Under the pieces are notes generated by a model. The model was not told the DNA's origin, did no database searches, and saw only the letters and a list, made by a program, of their open reading frames with translations. Both the position numbers and the translations under genes were made by a program. Of a DNA stretch of 64,000 nucleotides, positions 1-29,996 are shown one piece after another. Each line of letters starts with the position of its first letter. The stretch's first letter is position 1. Location: positions 11,787,166 through 11,851,165 of the forward strand of contig CM082578.2 in assembly GCA_040954595.2 (NCBI GenBank). Direction: 5' to 3'. This stretch comes from Balanoglossus misakiensis (lineage: Eukaryota > Animalia > Hemichordata).

Positions 1-68
1 AATAGCATTAAAAACAACTGAATGCCACGTTCCGATCTAAACAATGAAGGTTTTTGCTTTGATTTGTT

Positions 69-2229
69 AGGGTTTCGAGACCCTCTGGTCTCGAAACCCT
101 CTTGAAATCGTGTTGTTTTTTATTATTATTCTTCTTCCCACTCTTAAAAACAGCCGCTATTCGAAGACCGTTGCACCCAATGACTTGAAATTTGGCTCAT
201 AGGTAAATCTCAAAGCAAGTAATTTTCTGATCATGTAACTATGGCAACAGGTCACATGACCTGGCAGCCATCTTGGATTGAAAGTTTAAAATTGATCTCA
301 TTTGCATAAAAAATGACGAATCAAAATTCTTTGAACAAACTTTGTGGACCATATGGCCAGGGTCCTATATGCAAAATTTCAATGTTCAAGTCTTTGCCGA
401 TTTTGAGGAGATGATTTTTAAAGCATTATTTTTCATATTTTTCAAGACCATTGGACCCAGCCTTAGGCCTATACTTTCCATAGTTAAGCTATGGCCACCT
501 AGGATCTTAGATTTATGCCCAATATCTCAACATCCGCTGGGCTGATCAGCTTCAAATTTATTGTGCAGCTAGCCTACCTTCCAACAATCAGTTCCAACTG
601 GAAAAAATAATATGAAAAATCGACCGATTTTTTTATATTAATTTCTTTATGAAATCTATACCTATACGTATTCCACTATAGTTAAGCTATGGCCAAGTCG
701 TTTTGTAGAATTCTGGTTGGTGCAATAGTCCTATCGGCCAGTGTGCAGCATAGGACCACAAAAAGAAGCCAAATTAATTCAAGGGTCACCTGTGACACCT
801 GCCTAACTCATTAATTATGTGCATACCTAATTCGAGGCAAACCAATAGGGCTACAGGTCTGATTTTTGTTACACATGGACCAGTATGGGGTCAAATTATC
901 CCCCGAAATTTGGGGTGACCTTGAGTGACCTTTGACCTTCTTCCGCATATCTCGGCATCCAGAGCAGGTACAGCTTAGGTGTTTGGGTGGATGGTACCAA
1001 AATAAGAAGCCAAATTCAAGGGTCACCTGTGACACCTGCCTAACTCATTAATTATGTGCATACCTAATTCCAGGCAAACCAATAGGGCTACAGGTCTGAT
1101 TTTTGTTGGACATGAACCAGTATGGGGTCAAATTATCCCCCAAAATTTGGGGTGACCTTGGGTGACCTTTGACCTACTTCCTCATATCTCGGCATTTACA
1201 GCAGGTACAGCTTAGGTGTTTGGGTGGATGGTATGAAAATAAGAAGCCAAAATTTAGGGTCACCTGTGATTCCTGCCTAACTCATTAATTATGTGCATAC
1301 CTAATTCTAGGCGAACCAAGGGGGCTACAGGTCTGGTGTTTGTTGGATATGTACCACTATGGGGTCAAATGTTTTTGCCCACATTTTGGGTGACCTTGGG
1401 TGACCTTTGACCTACTTCCTCATATCGCGGCATCCAGAGCAGGTACAGCTTAGGTGTTTGGGTGGATGGTACCAAAATAAGAAGCCAAAATTTAGGGTCA
1501 CCTGTGGCACCTGCCTAACTCATTAATTATGTGCATACCTAATTCTAGGCGAACCAAGGGGGCTACAGGTCTGGTGTTTGTTGGATATGTACCACTATGG
1601 GGTCAAATGTTTTTGCCCACATTTTGGGTGACCTTGGGTGACCTTTGACCTACTTCCACATATCTCAGCATCTAGAGCAGGTACAGCTTAGGTGTTTGGG
1701 TGGATGGAACCAAAATAAGAAGCCAAAATTTAGGGTCACCTGTGACACCTGCCTTACTCATTAATTATGTGCATACCTAATTCCAGGCGAACTAACAGGA
1801 CTACAGGTCTGGTGTTTGTTGGACATGGACCAGTATGGGGTCAAATTTTCCCCCCAAATTTCGGGTGACCTTGGGTGACCTTTGACCTACTTCCGCATAT
1901 CTCGGCATCCACAGCAGGTACAGCTTAGGTGTTTGGGAGGATGGTACCAAAATAAGTAGCCAAAATTTAGGACCACCTGTGACACCTGCCTAACTATGTG
2001 CATAACTAAGTACACACGAACCAATAGGGCTAGATGTGTGGTTTTTATTGGACATGGACCAATATAGTGTCAAAATTTTCTGCTCATATTTAGGGTGACC
2101 TCACATGACGTTTGACCAACTTTCCCACATCCTCCACCCTGACTAATTAAATATGCACATATCTATCTCCAGGCGAACCAATAGGGCTAGCAGTGTCTCG
2201 AAACCCGCTTATTGCTGTTCACAGCTATA
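69..2229. mobile_element. Non-autonomous Helentron/DINE-1-like (HINE) element with an internal tandem array
   Basis: The 5' end has a perfect 14-bp inverted repeat AGGGTTTCGAGACC-ctct-GGTCTCGAAACCCT (69-100) followed by a (TAT)n(CTT)n microsatellite. The 3' end repeats the sub-terminal motif GTCTCGAAACCC (2195-2206), then a short stem-loop GCTG-TTCA-CAGC (2214-2225) and a T-rich flank. This subTIR/IR + microsatellite + 3' hairpin layout is the established HINE architecture. No coding capacity. Family assignment is inferred from structure only. Confidence 0.7.
740..2190. repeat. Tandem array of about six ~238-bp units inside the HINE-like element
   Basis: The landmark AAGAAGCCAAA...AGGGTCACCTGTGACACCTGCCTAACTCATTAATTATGTGCATACCTAATTC recurs near 764, 1004, 1241, 1479, 1717 and 1954. 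Central units are nearly identical and the terminal units are degenerate. Confidence 0.95.
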
Positions 2230-2777
2230 TTTTTGCTTTGTTTTTGCATTGTATTGTTATACAGGAAATTTAAGATCACGTTGACTGGTCGGATGAGCTT
2301 AGTTTCTGTAAAAAAAAAAATTCCCTTTCAAAATTAGAACGACCTATTGACACGGCGAGGCGCCGAGATGAGGCGGGGTCTACCATAAGTTTCAAAATAT
2401 AATATTGAATGGCACTAAAAAGTCGGGCACGTTTGTGGAGTGATCGTGATCACATGCACCGTGAACGTACCCATGTTTTGATACTGAAAATCGATTTCGG
2501 CCCGGATGAGTATACGATGTTCACATCGCATTCCGGAAAACTGCCGCGGCTACTCAGCAGATTCCATGTAAATTCTTGTCAAAGAATATTTTGCACAAGC
2601 ATTTGGACACGCACACTATATCCGATCACACACGTACATTTGTTATGAACGGAGTTATCTAACATTTATACACCAGAAGCACACGGTCATGATCCCGGCC
2701 ACCGCTGATCGGTTCGGCGTGTTTGTCACCGCTATAACTCCGATCTCTCGCTTGTTATTCACAGACTTGATACTCAC

Positions 2778-2860
2778 ACTGCCGGCGATGGGTGTTCCAG
2801 CGCCGTGACACCGACGATCAGCCAGAATACCAGGGAGCCATATGTTGACAACTTCGCCAT
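2778..2860 (-). CDS. First coding exon (signal peptide) of an unidentified secreted or membrane protein; gene continues beyond the left edge
   Basis: caagATGGCG start (strong Kozak, overlapping a YY1-type motif) encodes MAKLSTYGSLVFWLIVGVTALEHPSPA(V), which has a hydrophobic core, and ends at a consensus donor GT|gtgagtat. Surroundings are CpG-rich. No downstream exon was found in the window. Confidence 0.6.
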
Positions 2861-3410
2861 CTTGAATGCCAGCTGATACGAAGCGACCACAAAAGTGTAC
2901 ATGTACATTTCAGCCAGCCTCGTTCTCATTGACGGCTACCACCACATAGGAACAACCGCCTCACTTTCAATTGTCGACTTCCGTGTTACACATCCCCCCT
3001 TGACACACGCCTGACGTAGTTAACGCCCTCAAAAATTATAAGTAGCGCTCTTCTTCCTTGTAGCAAAGACGCACTTATTTCAATTCAGTCCGGGAGAATG
3101 AGAAAACGATTTTTTCGACTAATAGTATTCGAAAATAAAGGTTAATTTCCAATGATAAAAGAATGTAGCAATGTTTCTGTTCTGTGGTTAAAATTGGATA
3201 CACATGCCCCATTATTGAATGATTGCACAGTCGGTGGTCCAGATTGACCAGGGCTATCGATTATTTGGCTACTGTGAACTGAGAAGAACCGTGATTTCCC
3301 GGTAGAGTGTTACTCGAGGTATAAATTAACGCAATGAATGGAACCTTGGATCGATACTGGTTCTTCGGCTTTTATTATTCAAATAGGGGTTATCGAGCAT
3401 TTTAAAACCG

Positions 3411-3426
3411 AGTTGCCATGGCAACT
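3411..3426. promoter_or_regulatory. Perfect palindromic RFX X-box
   Basis: AGTTGCCATGGCAACT is a 16-bp palindrome matching GTTGCCATGGCAAC, about 550 bp upstream of the ATG at 2860. Confidence 0.5.
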
Positions 3427-6312
3427 GCTGTATGTAAACAGTGAAATGGTCTACGGTGAAGACTTGCGTGGAAATGACGCCTGGTCGACATCTCAGATTT
3501 ATATTGGTTGGGGACAATTTCATACCAGTTGCATTCCGGTCTACTGGGTAGAAACCGCGGCCTGTGACCGTACCAAAAGACATTAATTTCGACTGAGTCT
3601 CTCCCCTTGTATCATTTTTTAAAGAAATGAAATTTAAACTTTGAAATGCAACGGGTGACACAAAAGCGCCGTTTGGCTGCAGGATATTCACGCGGATGTA
3701 GTGTCGGTTTCGTTGCAAGGCTTTGAGTAACTGCCACGAGCCTGCACGAAGTCCTTTCGAGCTAGACATCGGCGAGTTGTCTTGAATTTAATAAGCAGTA
3801 CTGTACAGAGATTACAAGCCATATCTGAGAGTACGCACCGCACCCTACTGAAAGGGAAACACATAAACTAATTGCCGTTTCAGTGATGCAGTTTTTTCTC
3901 GGGTATATAAAGTTTTGCGATGTGATTAGACGGCGACGATCTACTTTCCTCTCGTGATGGGCAGCAATCAGATGAGTTTCGGCTATTAGTAATATGCTCT
4001 GTTGGAGCCGCCCGAGTGAGGCATGGTAAATTTATTTTGGATTTCTCCTGAAGGCCCAATGTACCAGAAATCACATTTAACCACTCGAAGGCGAAAGCTC
4101 CCTCTACGCCACCGCGCACCGGTCGTAATGGCACACATATCTGAAGTTGCAACGAGTGGACTCTCGCTACCGGCGGGTATACTTACATATTATGGCCAAA
4201 TTGGCATGACAAAAAGACATCACTTTAACCCGATGCCAAATTGGTACAAATTGGGCTAGACTATACATAGAGAATTATTCTTTTTTGCTATTGGACTAAT
4301 AATACTGGATGGAGGGCAAGGTTTTCGTTCAAACTCTGAACGCTGTACATGCAATGGAAACCCTACCATAATGTCACTATTAGTATTATGTGTCCATGAC
4401 TTGCTTCATTTTCCATCATCTATTAAAATGATGATTTGTGGGCAAACTGGAGAAACAAAAGGCTAAAACATTTTGGCCGTTGATGGTGTGTTTCATATTA
4501 GATGAACAATGAATTTGGATTCTTGTTTATGTCTGCACATTGCCGGATTGATTGATTGCGCATGATTTCTTCATTGTTCTGCGATTTCATTTTAACGATA
4601 CTATAGTGTAGTACATGTAGGTTATTAGCCTACCAAGCTTCCATATATTTTTGTCTGTAAGTTGTAAACAGACAGATCTAGAGTCAGTCAGCCTACACTT
4701 TAACACTGGCAGGCAGACAGGCAGGCAAACCGAAGTACAACACACACACACGCAAACACACACAGCAAGCACGCTCAAGCCTAATTTTCAATATACTGAC
4801 TTGGAAGACACACTTTTATCAGTTAAAGATTTATTAGCGATCTCGTAACCAAAGTATTTCAAATATACAACCAACAAATAAACAATCAAAAACACAACCA
4901 ACAAATAAACAATCAAAATGTATAATGCAATTTCTAGTGAATAACTCCAGTCAGCACCGAAAGAACACAGTTTTATACTCTAAAACATACATGAAATAAA
5001 GAAATAAAACAACATAACACTCTTCATTAGGTAAAGAAAATATACTTTTTCCCCCTTTTGTTTGTTACAAAATAGAGACAACCTGTGTACATAACGCAGG
5101 TAGTTCCGTCTTCGTTTTTGTGTGTCACTTTCAATAATAATAAAACGCATTCGCCCGAACATTGTGTAAACGTTGATCTCTTTCTAAACATTTAAAAAAC
5201 ACAAAGAATACATCTGAATGTAGTAAATATAAACATGTATAAATGAACGTCCCCAGTCACAGAAATATGGCTGGAAAGTCATAGTAAACAAATTCGACAG
5301 TTTTTTTAGTTCAATTATTATCCCCAAGGATATTATCCTTCTATGCCCTACGTTTACAGTACTGAGCTTTTGTGTAACGATCTAATTTAAAGACTAGAAA
5401 TTTTGTAGGCGTGTTGTTGTTGTTGTTGATAGGGTCTGTCCACCCATGCCAGCGATCACCAACCGTTTCTAGTGCTGCTGGTATCTACATCTCTCACCTG
5501 CTTTGAACGCTGAGGGCTCACCGAACACGGCCAAGGAAGGGCATACATGTACAGTGGCATAGAGTACACTACAGTACACGTCGACTCGAAATATAAGTAT
5601 CATGTGATTATACAAAAAAATACAGTATCCATAAACATGTTATCCACAATTTTGAAACATTTTTTCTACAAACAGGACGAAAAGAGAGTGTTATGAAAAT
5701 ATGTTGTCAAAAAGGTATGGTCTTCACAATTTGTTCCTGTATATTGAGAGATGAAGTTACGGATACAGTACACCTATGTCAAAACTTCACGCCCCGGTAC
5801 TTGTAAATCTCATTAGTGTTCTGATGGCTGCAACACTTGAATTGTCTGTCCTCGTAGTATTTCAATTTTCCGTGCTTTAGGCATGATGGCGCATCGACGA
5901 TGATTCGACCACGTACGTAGGCCTAATTATAACTTTGCTGTGCGAAGTGCAAAAATGGCTCCATAGCTGGTATAACTTGACAATATTCATCATGATATGT
6001 CACCGTACTTTGAATTATGGTAAATTGTAATAAAATCGTGTTCGATACTCTTTGTTAAGAAATCATTCAAGCAGTTATGTCACCGGTCACTTGGTTATGT
6101 ACAGGTGATGCGATGTTGGGAGGGGAGATATCCCCTATTGAGCATGCATGGTGTGGATTTTTAGTGGTCCACTCATAATCTTCCATTTCGCATTTGCTTT
6201 GAATGACTACATTTTACATGTAAATGATCACCTAAATTTAATTATAAGATATCCGTCTTTCCAGATAAAAAGACCAAAGCGGTTATACGAAGACAGAACG
6301 TCTTGAGGACGA

Positions 6313-6330
6313 CTGCGCCCTCTAGTGCCA
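6313..6330 (-). promoter_or_regulatory. CTCF-like motif
   Basis: Minus strand reads TGGCACTAGAGGGCGCAG, close to the CTCF core CCAC(C/T)AG(A/G)(G/T)GGCGC. Motif match only. Confidence 0.35.
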
Positions 6331-6711
6331 ACATTAACACCGCTGGTGAAGTAGTGGCCGTGATCGAGTGTCCTAACTTTAACCCGTATTTAAAGCCTTG
6401 CGTCATAGTCGCTTGTTACCTAGGTAATTACGCCAGGGCAGACCGACCCCGACGTAACTACCCAGGTGACAAGTGACCTTGTACGGTCATGGTCTTGTAT
6501 AAGCTTAATATTTCAATCGCTCACCCTGAATCACAGTGCCTTCTCACTGCGAGTCACTGTTCAAGTTATTTGTCTCTCCTCGCATTTTTACAAACTTTCC
6601 CGTCATCCCTAAGTTTACGGCGTTTAATACCCATCGAACAACGGGGAACTGACGGATTAAAATCTCCTCGATAAAAACATCAAGGCACATCGTTCACAGT
6701 TCCAACGTCGT

Positions 6712-21034
<14,323 letters not shown>

Positions 21035-23345
21035 GGCGACGCGTGACCGACGGCCAGTGAAAGCTACATTCGCTGCACACACACGGTATATACTCGCAAG
21101 TGCCACTACACTATACTGTAGCCGGCGTATACGATTGTACAGGACGGTCGCACGCGATGTATTAAAGACTCGATTAAGCGGCGAATGCAGACATATCAGT
21201 CCGATGACACGGCATGATCAGACGGATTAGCTTATGTAGGATTTAAAGTGCTGCTACCTCTCTGTCTCTCTCACTCTACAGACCTGAGGATATAACACCT
21301 TCAGATGTCCGTGCGACGGTCTACTATCGCCAGCCAGAGATGCGGCGTTATAATAATAAGCTGTGACGACACAATATCCACAGTATCGGTAATAAGGTCA
21401 GGTGTTTCTCGGTGTACTTGTGGATGCGGCCTCGTTTTCAGCCTCCAAAGTGCGGTTTTCCACTTGTCACATGTAATTCGCGTCCTTTAAACTTTTAAAA
21501 GTCCACAATCGTGTTACTGTCATCACACGTAGTGTCACCCGTCGATCAAAACGAACATTGAAGTGTTCTCGTCATCCGGTATCGATGTTTGCCTCACGGG
21601 GATATTACCTACGCCCACAATGTGGGTCTGTGTTCGGATTATTCGCAATCCACGTCTTGTGGCGTATCAAGTTTTATTACAGAGACCTAGGTTTAGGCCT
21701 ATATGCCAATTTTTGTTTTTATTTCATGATGGAAGGACCACTAATTAATATCATGACCGGGGTTGTTCGGTTATTGTTATATGGATAATGTATTGATAAT
21801 GAAAGTAAAAAATCAACCAAAAGTAAAAATCAATTATAGCATTCGCTGTTTGCAATCATCACGGTTATATTTCTACTTTAGCATTTGCATTTGCATATTT
21901 CTCCATTGGATTCTCATTTTGGAAGAGAAGTCAGAAGATATTTTACCATGCGACGGTAGATAACTGGCAAATGCGACTGATATAGGCCCTATTATAAACG
22001 GAAGGCGATATCAATCAGACCGAGTACTGTGGAACAAATGCTTTAGGCCATAGGCCTACTCAAATTTGCAATGGTACCGTCGGAGTTTCTTAAGCTTCCG
22101 TTCATGTTTTTTGGGATCAGTGTTCTCCCGTTTTTAATATCAGTTATTCCAGCGCGATCACTGGCCGAGTTTTGCCGAATGTCAGCAATGATCGAGCAGC
22201 GAAAGTAGTCAACGCTGATATAAAGTACGCTCTCTTATCTCGTTGCCCGGGTAACCAAATTGACCACGGTAGTTGCCTTTACGTCATCATATGTGAAGAG
22301 GCTAAAATTTAAATGGGATTATTTTCCATCCCGTTTTGATGTTTACGGATCGATCGATAGGATAGCCATCACATCCCTGATTTCATATCACTTCGATCTG
22401 TTTCCTCTTTGTGAGGCTCCAACTCACACTGACTATATACCACCTGTCTCACTGTGTTTTTATATCTGCTGTTTACAGTATATTGTTGCATGTGTCCACA
22501 CTGTTGGAATCTAGCCCTTGTCGGTAAAACGCCTGATTACGTTAATTGGGCGGCTTAATCAGGGGATTAATCGGTTAATTTTTGGTGTGTGTTATTTTTT
22601 GAATTTTTCATCCAACCTTGAAGTTAATCTCTATAGGCCTACTTACGACTGGCTCTTGATTTATTTTTAAATTTCAGATGACCCACTTCAGAAACAAGAT
22701 GCAATCCACAATGTTATTTTGCCTCATTATTATTGTCAATGGCATAATTGGGAGATTAGCGAAGCACTTCCATCTAAGGCAAATCCTCCCTCTGTTCGTG
22801 TTTCACTTGGATCATGCCATAGCGTTTTAACTCATTACGTCCATCATCGTCATATTCCGATTACGCGTGCCATAATTTCTCGACCGAATGAGGCTAAGGG
22901 AAACCTGAGACAATGGAGGCAGTGGCGAAGTCACGTAACATCTTGCTTGTTAACAGGGGATTTGTGTTGTTTCTAGAAGACGTGCATTTGATTCATGTGG
23001 CGTTAATGTGCATCATTTCGCGTGTATATGGACACTACACACAGTACAGGAATGCGAGTTACTATTTTTATAGCTAAAACACATTGAAAATTTGCATTAT
23101 TTAGTTCAAAACGTACACGTACATCATGTATTATAGATTTACTTTCTTTTTGATAAAAGTAAAAAGCGATGCGACAGTATATATATGTACAGGGTAAGAG
23201 TTAAAAATTAACTAGAGATGGCCAATAGCGTTGTCTCCAAAATTGCTCATAGGCAAATCTAAACAAATACCACTATAAAAATTTCATATCCTGTCACATA
23301 AGATATAAGTTCTCTTGTCGTCAGCGAGACATTCCGTGACCAAAC

Positions 23346-23516
23346 CAGTGTGCCCTCTAAGCCAATATGACTCGCTACTGACTCAACAGACTCACTGGTG
23401 GATCATGAAAATTATCCACAATACATGCAAAGGTATAGGGCGGAACCAGAGAAAATTTAAGAAATCCTCAAATTGACTCAGAGCTTTTAAAAAGTATGTT
23501 TTTAGAGGGTACACTG
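23346..23516. mobile_element. hAT-type MITE (171 bp)
   Basis: 15-bp TIRs CAGTGTGCCCTCTAA / TTAGAGGGTACACTG (one mismatch) with CAG...CTG termini. Flanked by an 8-bp target duplication GACCAAAC (23338-23345) / GATCAAAC (23517-23524). 8-bp TSDs and CAG ends are typical of hAT elements. Confidence 0.75.
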
Positions 23517-26500
23517 GATCAAACTCATATATCCTACAATCGCCGAGTAATTCCAAAGTTACTAGCTACCTTGCAAAATATATTGCTTTCGGATACTGAC
23601 TCCCTATATTCTATCTGGTGAGGATTTTCAATTGACAGAACTGGAGATGCCCAAATATAACATCGAATCTATAAAAATCGACGATAATCGATGGCGCGTG
23701 CTGAAAACAAGGCCAGCAGCTGTTGCAACCTGAAATAATAATGGCCAACAAGCTCAATACACTGCACTCCAGTTAAACGATAATGAAGACGTGGATATTG
23801 TGACGAAGCGAAAGCCTATTGATTCTCTCTCGACACGGAAAGCACATCGCCGTTCAAGTGACGTGAATAAATGTGACAGTTTTTGTCGAGTTGATACCAG
23901 TAGAGAGAACTAATGAGCTACTGAGAAAGTTCAAAGTGTCTTTTCGAATCTGCTTTCGAAAGACTAATTTGGAAAGGAAAACACACGAATATACGCACAT
24001 TCACATGAAACAAATGAGCGGGGACACGACGATTTGAAAAGGTGTTATTCACGTGAAGATTGCAAAAGGCTTTTAAGGTGATCAGATAAAACCGCTTAGC
24101 AATACATCCTAATTAACTGAAGTTACCGTAATGTTTGTTTTGGTAAGCGATGCGGAAACACTTTGGGGTATTAAAATGTCACTGGTGTTGTAAACAACCG
24201 TGGCCCATCTTTTACACGTAGACTAGAAGTATTATGCCAACTACGCCATTGTCTTGGGTAAGGATAGGGACGGTCCTTCAAGAATAGACCGTTTTCCCTA
24301 CTGCACGAGATACTGCGAGATCTCGCTATAGTTTACATGGGGGTGGGGGGTATTCTTACATAACACGGGACAAAAAAACAACATGGGAAGTGTCAATGAC
24401 TGCACTCTGCAGCAAAGTGTACTCGTGATCTTGACATCACAAACAGAGCAGGTGAATGAATGAATGAAGGAAGGAATTAAGGAAGGAAGGAACACCTTCC
24501 TATCCGCATCTGCTTGGCCTTGGCACAGTCTGATTTGGAGGAAGGTCAGCCTGCCCTAAATGAACAAAGCTTGGCTGCGAAGTTGATGATGAATGAATGA
24601 CTGAAATACTGTATGGAAGATATGTGACCGAAGCCTCAAGAGGGCGATGTTGATATTCTTGTGAGAGAGGTAAACTCTGAATGAGTGTGTCACAGATATA
24701 CCGGTAAATCATTTTGTATTCAGATTTATTTATTATGACATACAATAAAGGGGGAAAATCAACAAGAGAGTACATAGCTTGGTCAATGTATAGTCCTTGC
24801 TCAGTATTATGGGATATGCTTTGACCTTTGATCCCTGTGACCTATGCATCACTTTGAAACGACTCTAGGTCACGCCATTAGGACTACAATTGTCACCGGC
24901 GATTTTAACAGGGGACTAGGGGGCGTATCTGGCAATACACTCAACCACAAACCGGCATGGGGGAATCTTCAAATGTATTAAAAAATCTGCAGGGGGATTG
25001 TTACAAAGTATAATTAAACTGGTTAGACAGTGACACTAACAGTTTTCGTGATATGCTTTTTTTTTACAAGTTGTATAACAGATTATACAATTAACTAAAC
25101 ATTCACATATTAGCCAGGATCAAATAGTGAAATGAAACGGGAGAGGTGATGACATTGTACATCGTCTCACAAATCAGACCAACCTCGGTGAATAATAATA
25201 AAAAAAGAATCAAGGAGATACATGGAAGTAAATATAAGTTCCAGTTCGTTTCTAAAATATCACATATTTGTACAGTTCTAAATTTTGTTCTACGTCTGGC
25301 ATATGTCCAGAACAACACTCGTTACAGACAGAGTGAAAGTGTAATGTTTACCCTCAAGAGCAAACGGACTTGTTTCCATGAAATAAACTGGGGAAAAAAA
25401 CTGGTCGCTGCTTCTTAATACAATAATCATTAAAGTCTCATAAAGTTGTGCACTTAATTGCAGACTGAAAAGCATTGAATATTACGCAGCAAAATATGCA
25501 TTTTTTCATCACATTTATGATTTACTATGATACTAATAAAATCCACTTGGTCACCAATTCCTCTTATAAAATTACAATATCATAAGCGTGTAGCATGTGA
25601 ATGGGAACATGTACATTCTGTGTGAGGACGTGTAGGGGACTAAAAAACAAACAATCAGTAAATAACCAAAACAAAAATCCCTCTTTGAATCTTCAAAGCA
25701 CCAATTCTGTGCAACACACTAACATCCTGCTGGCATTGAAAAGTGCAACTCTAAATTTCCATGATTTCTTTCCGACAATGATTTGGTTTCTATGACAACA
25801 GGCTCTTACGAGTGGCAGAATCCCCTACCGACCATGCATGCAAAAAAAAAAGATAGTTTTTCCCAGTCTTGTAATTCTGTACAGAATCGTGTCGGTTGCA
25901 CACTCTGTGTGCGTGATATTACAATTACGGAAAACAGTGCACGGATCGGCCCTCGGATAAGAGGTGCCATTCGGAGATGGACAACTTTGTTTCTGCTTAC
26001 ATGGCTTCCTGTTCCGCTACATGTGTAAAGGGGGGGGGGTCAGATTGTCTACTTCACAGTGATGTCTACCATCATGTCCACTACAGAGGACCAGGCGAAA
26101 AAAATTTAAGCATCGAGTGATACAATTTGATTTCTACTTAATTAAAGTCACACAGTGGGCCACACATTCTTGGCCATCACAACAGCTGCTAGTCAAAACA
26201 CTGAAATTTCTGACGCTATTCGACATACTGTGGACCCCTTTCCCCAAAAAACAAAACTCAGGGATTCTTGCTGAGTTACGGCCATGTGGGCAGAAACAAG
26301 TGACAAATACATATAGTTCTCCTCCCTGCCTTGTCTTTCACCGTCCAAAACACTGACTCAACTAAAAATCTGTCTTTTTCGCTGGATAGTTCAAAGAAAA
26401 CAAAATTTCACATGCTACACAAGACCTTCAGGGTGACAGAGTTTATAGTCAAAACCTGTCCAGAAATGGTTGGTGTCTGCCGGAACGGCGAAACTCTTTT

Positions 26501-26586
26501 TCAACATTCCCTGAAGCATCCAGCTTTTATTTTTTACAAACTGCAAATTCTGAGTACACATAGAAATAGACCGTGACCGATTCTGT

Positions 26587-28923
<2,337 letters not shown>

Positions 28924-29996
28924 CTTGGCTATTTCTGTGAAGTTACAAAAACCAATTACATGCTAAGTTTAATGAAATGTACGAGATGCACTGCACCCAC
29001 CACACTACAGTAACAACAATATGTTGAAGGTCACGTGGGTCATGACTTTAAATCACATGGCTGCAACATGAATATGAATCATGTATGTGAAAAACTCTGA
29101 CGCTAGATTGTTAAATTTTCCATTGTAATAACATTACATGCTCCATGCAGACATGTATTTAACCGGTTGCGTCATTGCTAGCCCACAGAGAAATTTGCAT
29201 TTAACTGTTGTCTCGGCAATTGTTACTTGTCAATAAAAACAATGGACATGAACTTGTACAAGTAAAGAAACGACCTTGTGTTTACAGGAATCTTGGGATC
29301 GTTCAAGGTAAAACTCCCTAACTTTAAAGGCTGGAGTAAAGTCGTCATTGAACAGAACGAGTGGATTCCGGCAGCTGCGTTGTGATGAAGTAAAATCGCA
29401 CTAACTGCGTCAGCGATTGACACGTTACTCTCGGTCTCTCACTTCCGGGTCGTTAAGTGAAAATCGAGCGCGTACTGCTAACGTGTGCAGCGAATGATTC
29501 CTTGTAAAATAAGCTACATTTGGACATTCATTCAATTGTTTCGGCAATGAAACATTTGGGGATTGACGCTTATTCTTCCGTGTGATCGGTAGAATTTTTT
29601 TTCTGTCGGGTTGAATATGACCTGTACTACATACGCACTGACATTCACATTGAAGGACGCGTGACCGATGGTGCGAATGAGCAAGGAAATTGTTCGGTTC
29701 TATGGCTTCTCGTATATTGGTATACTTTCGATGTCTCTCTGCCGCACAAATCAAAGGCTCCGCACAATCATTTGAAGCAATCATCAAGATTCTAATACTC
29801 CTGGCAGTATATTACTTGTCATTCATTTGGTTTACATTAGACCCCTAAAACCGGGCGTCACACACGTCAAGCGACTGAGCTGCGCTTTTGCAAGTGATTT
29901 CGTTTCGCGGACACGAATTTATCCCTCACAGCAGAAATAGAAATGTAATTGTTTTCTCTGGTGGATACTCACGATTTCTCCCGCATAAGAACTCAC

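Noticed and set aside
740-2190. Regularly spaced repeats suggesting a CRISPR array
   Set aside because: Whole 238-bp units are repeated with no unique spacers, there are no cas genes, and the context is eukaryotic.
3326-4259. ORFs of 78-147 aa on both strands
   Set aside because: No domain similarity, weak starts and no splice support; consistent with chance ORFs.
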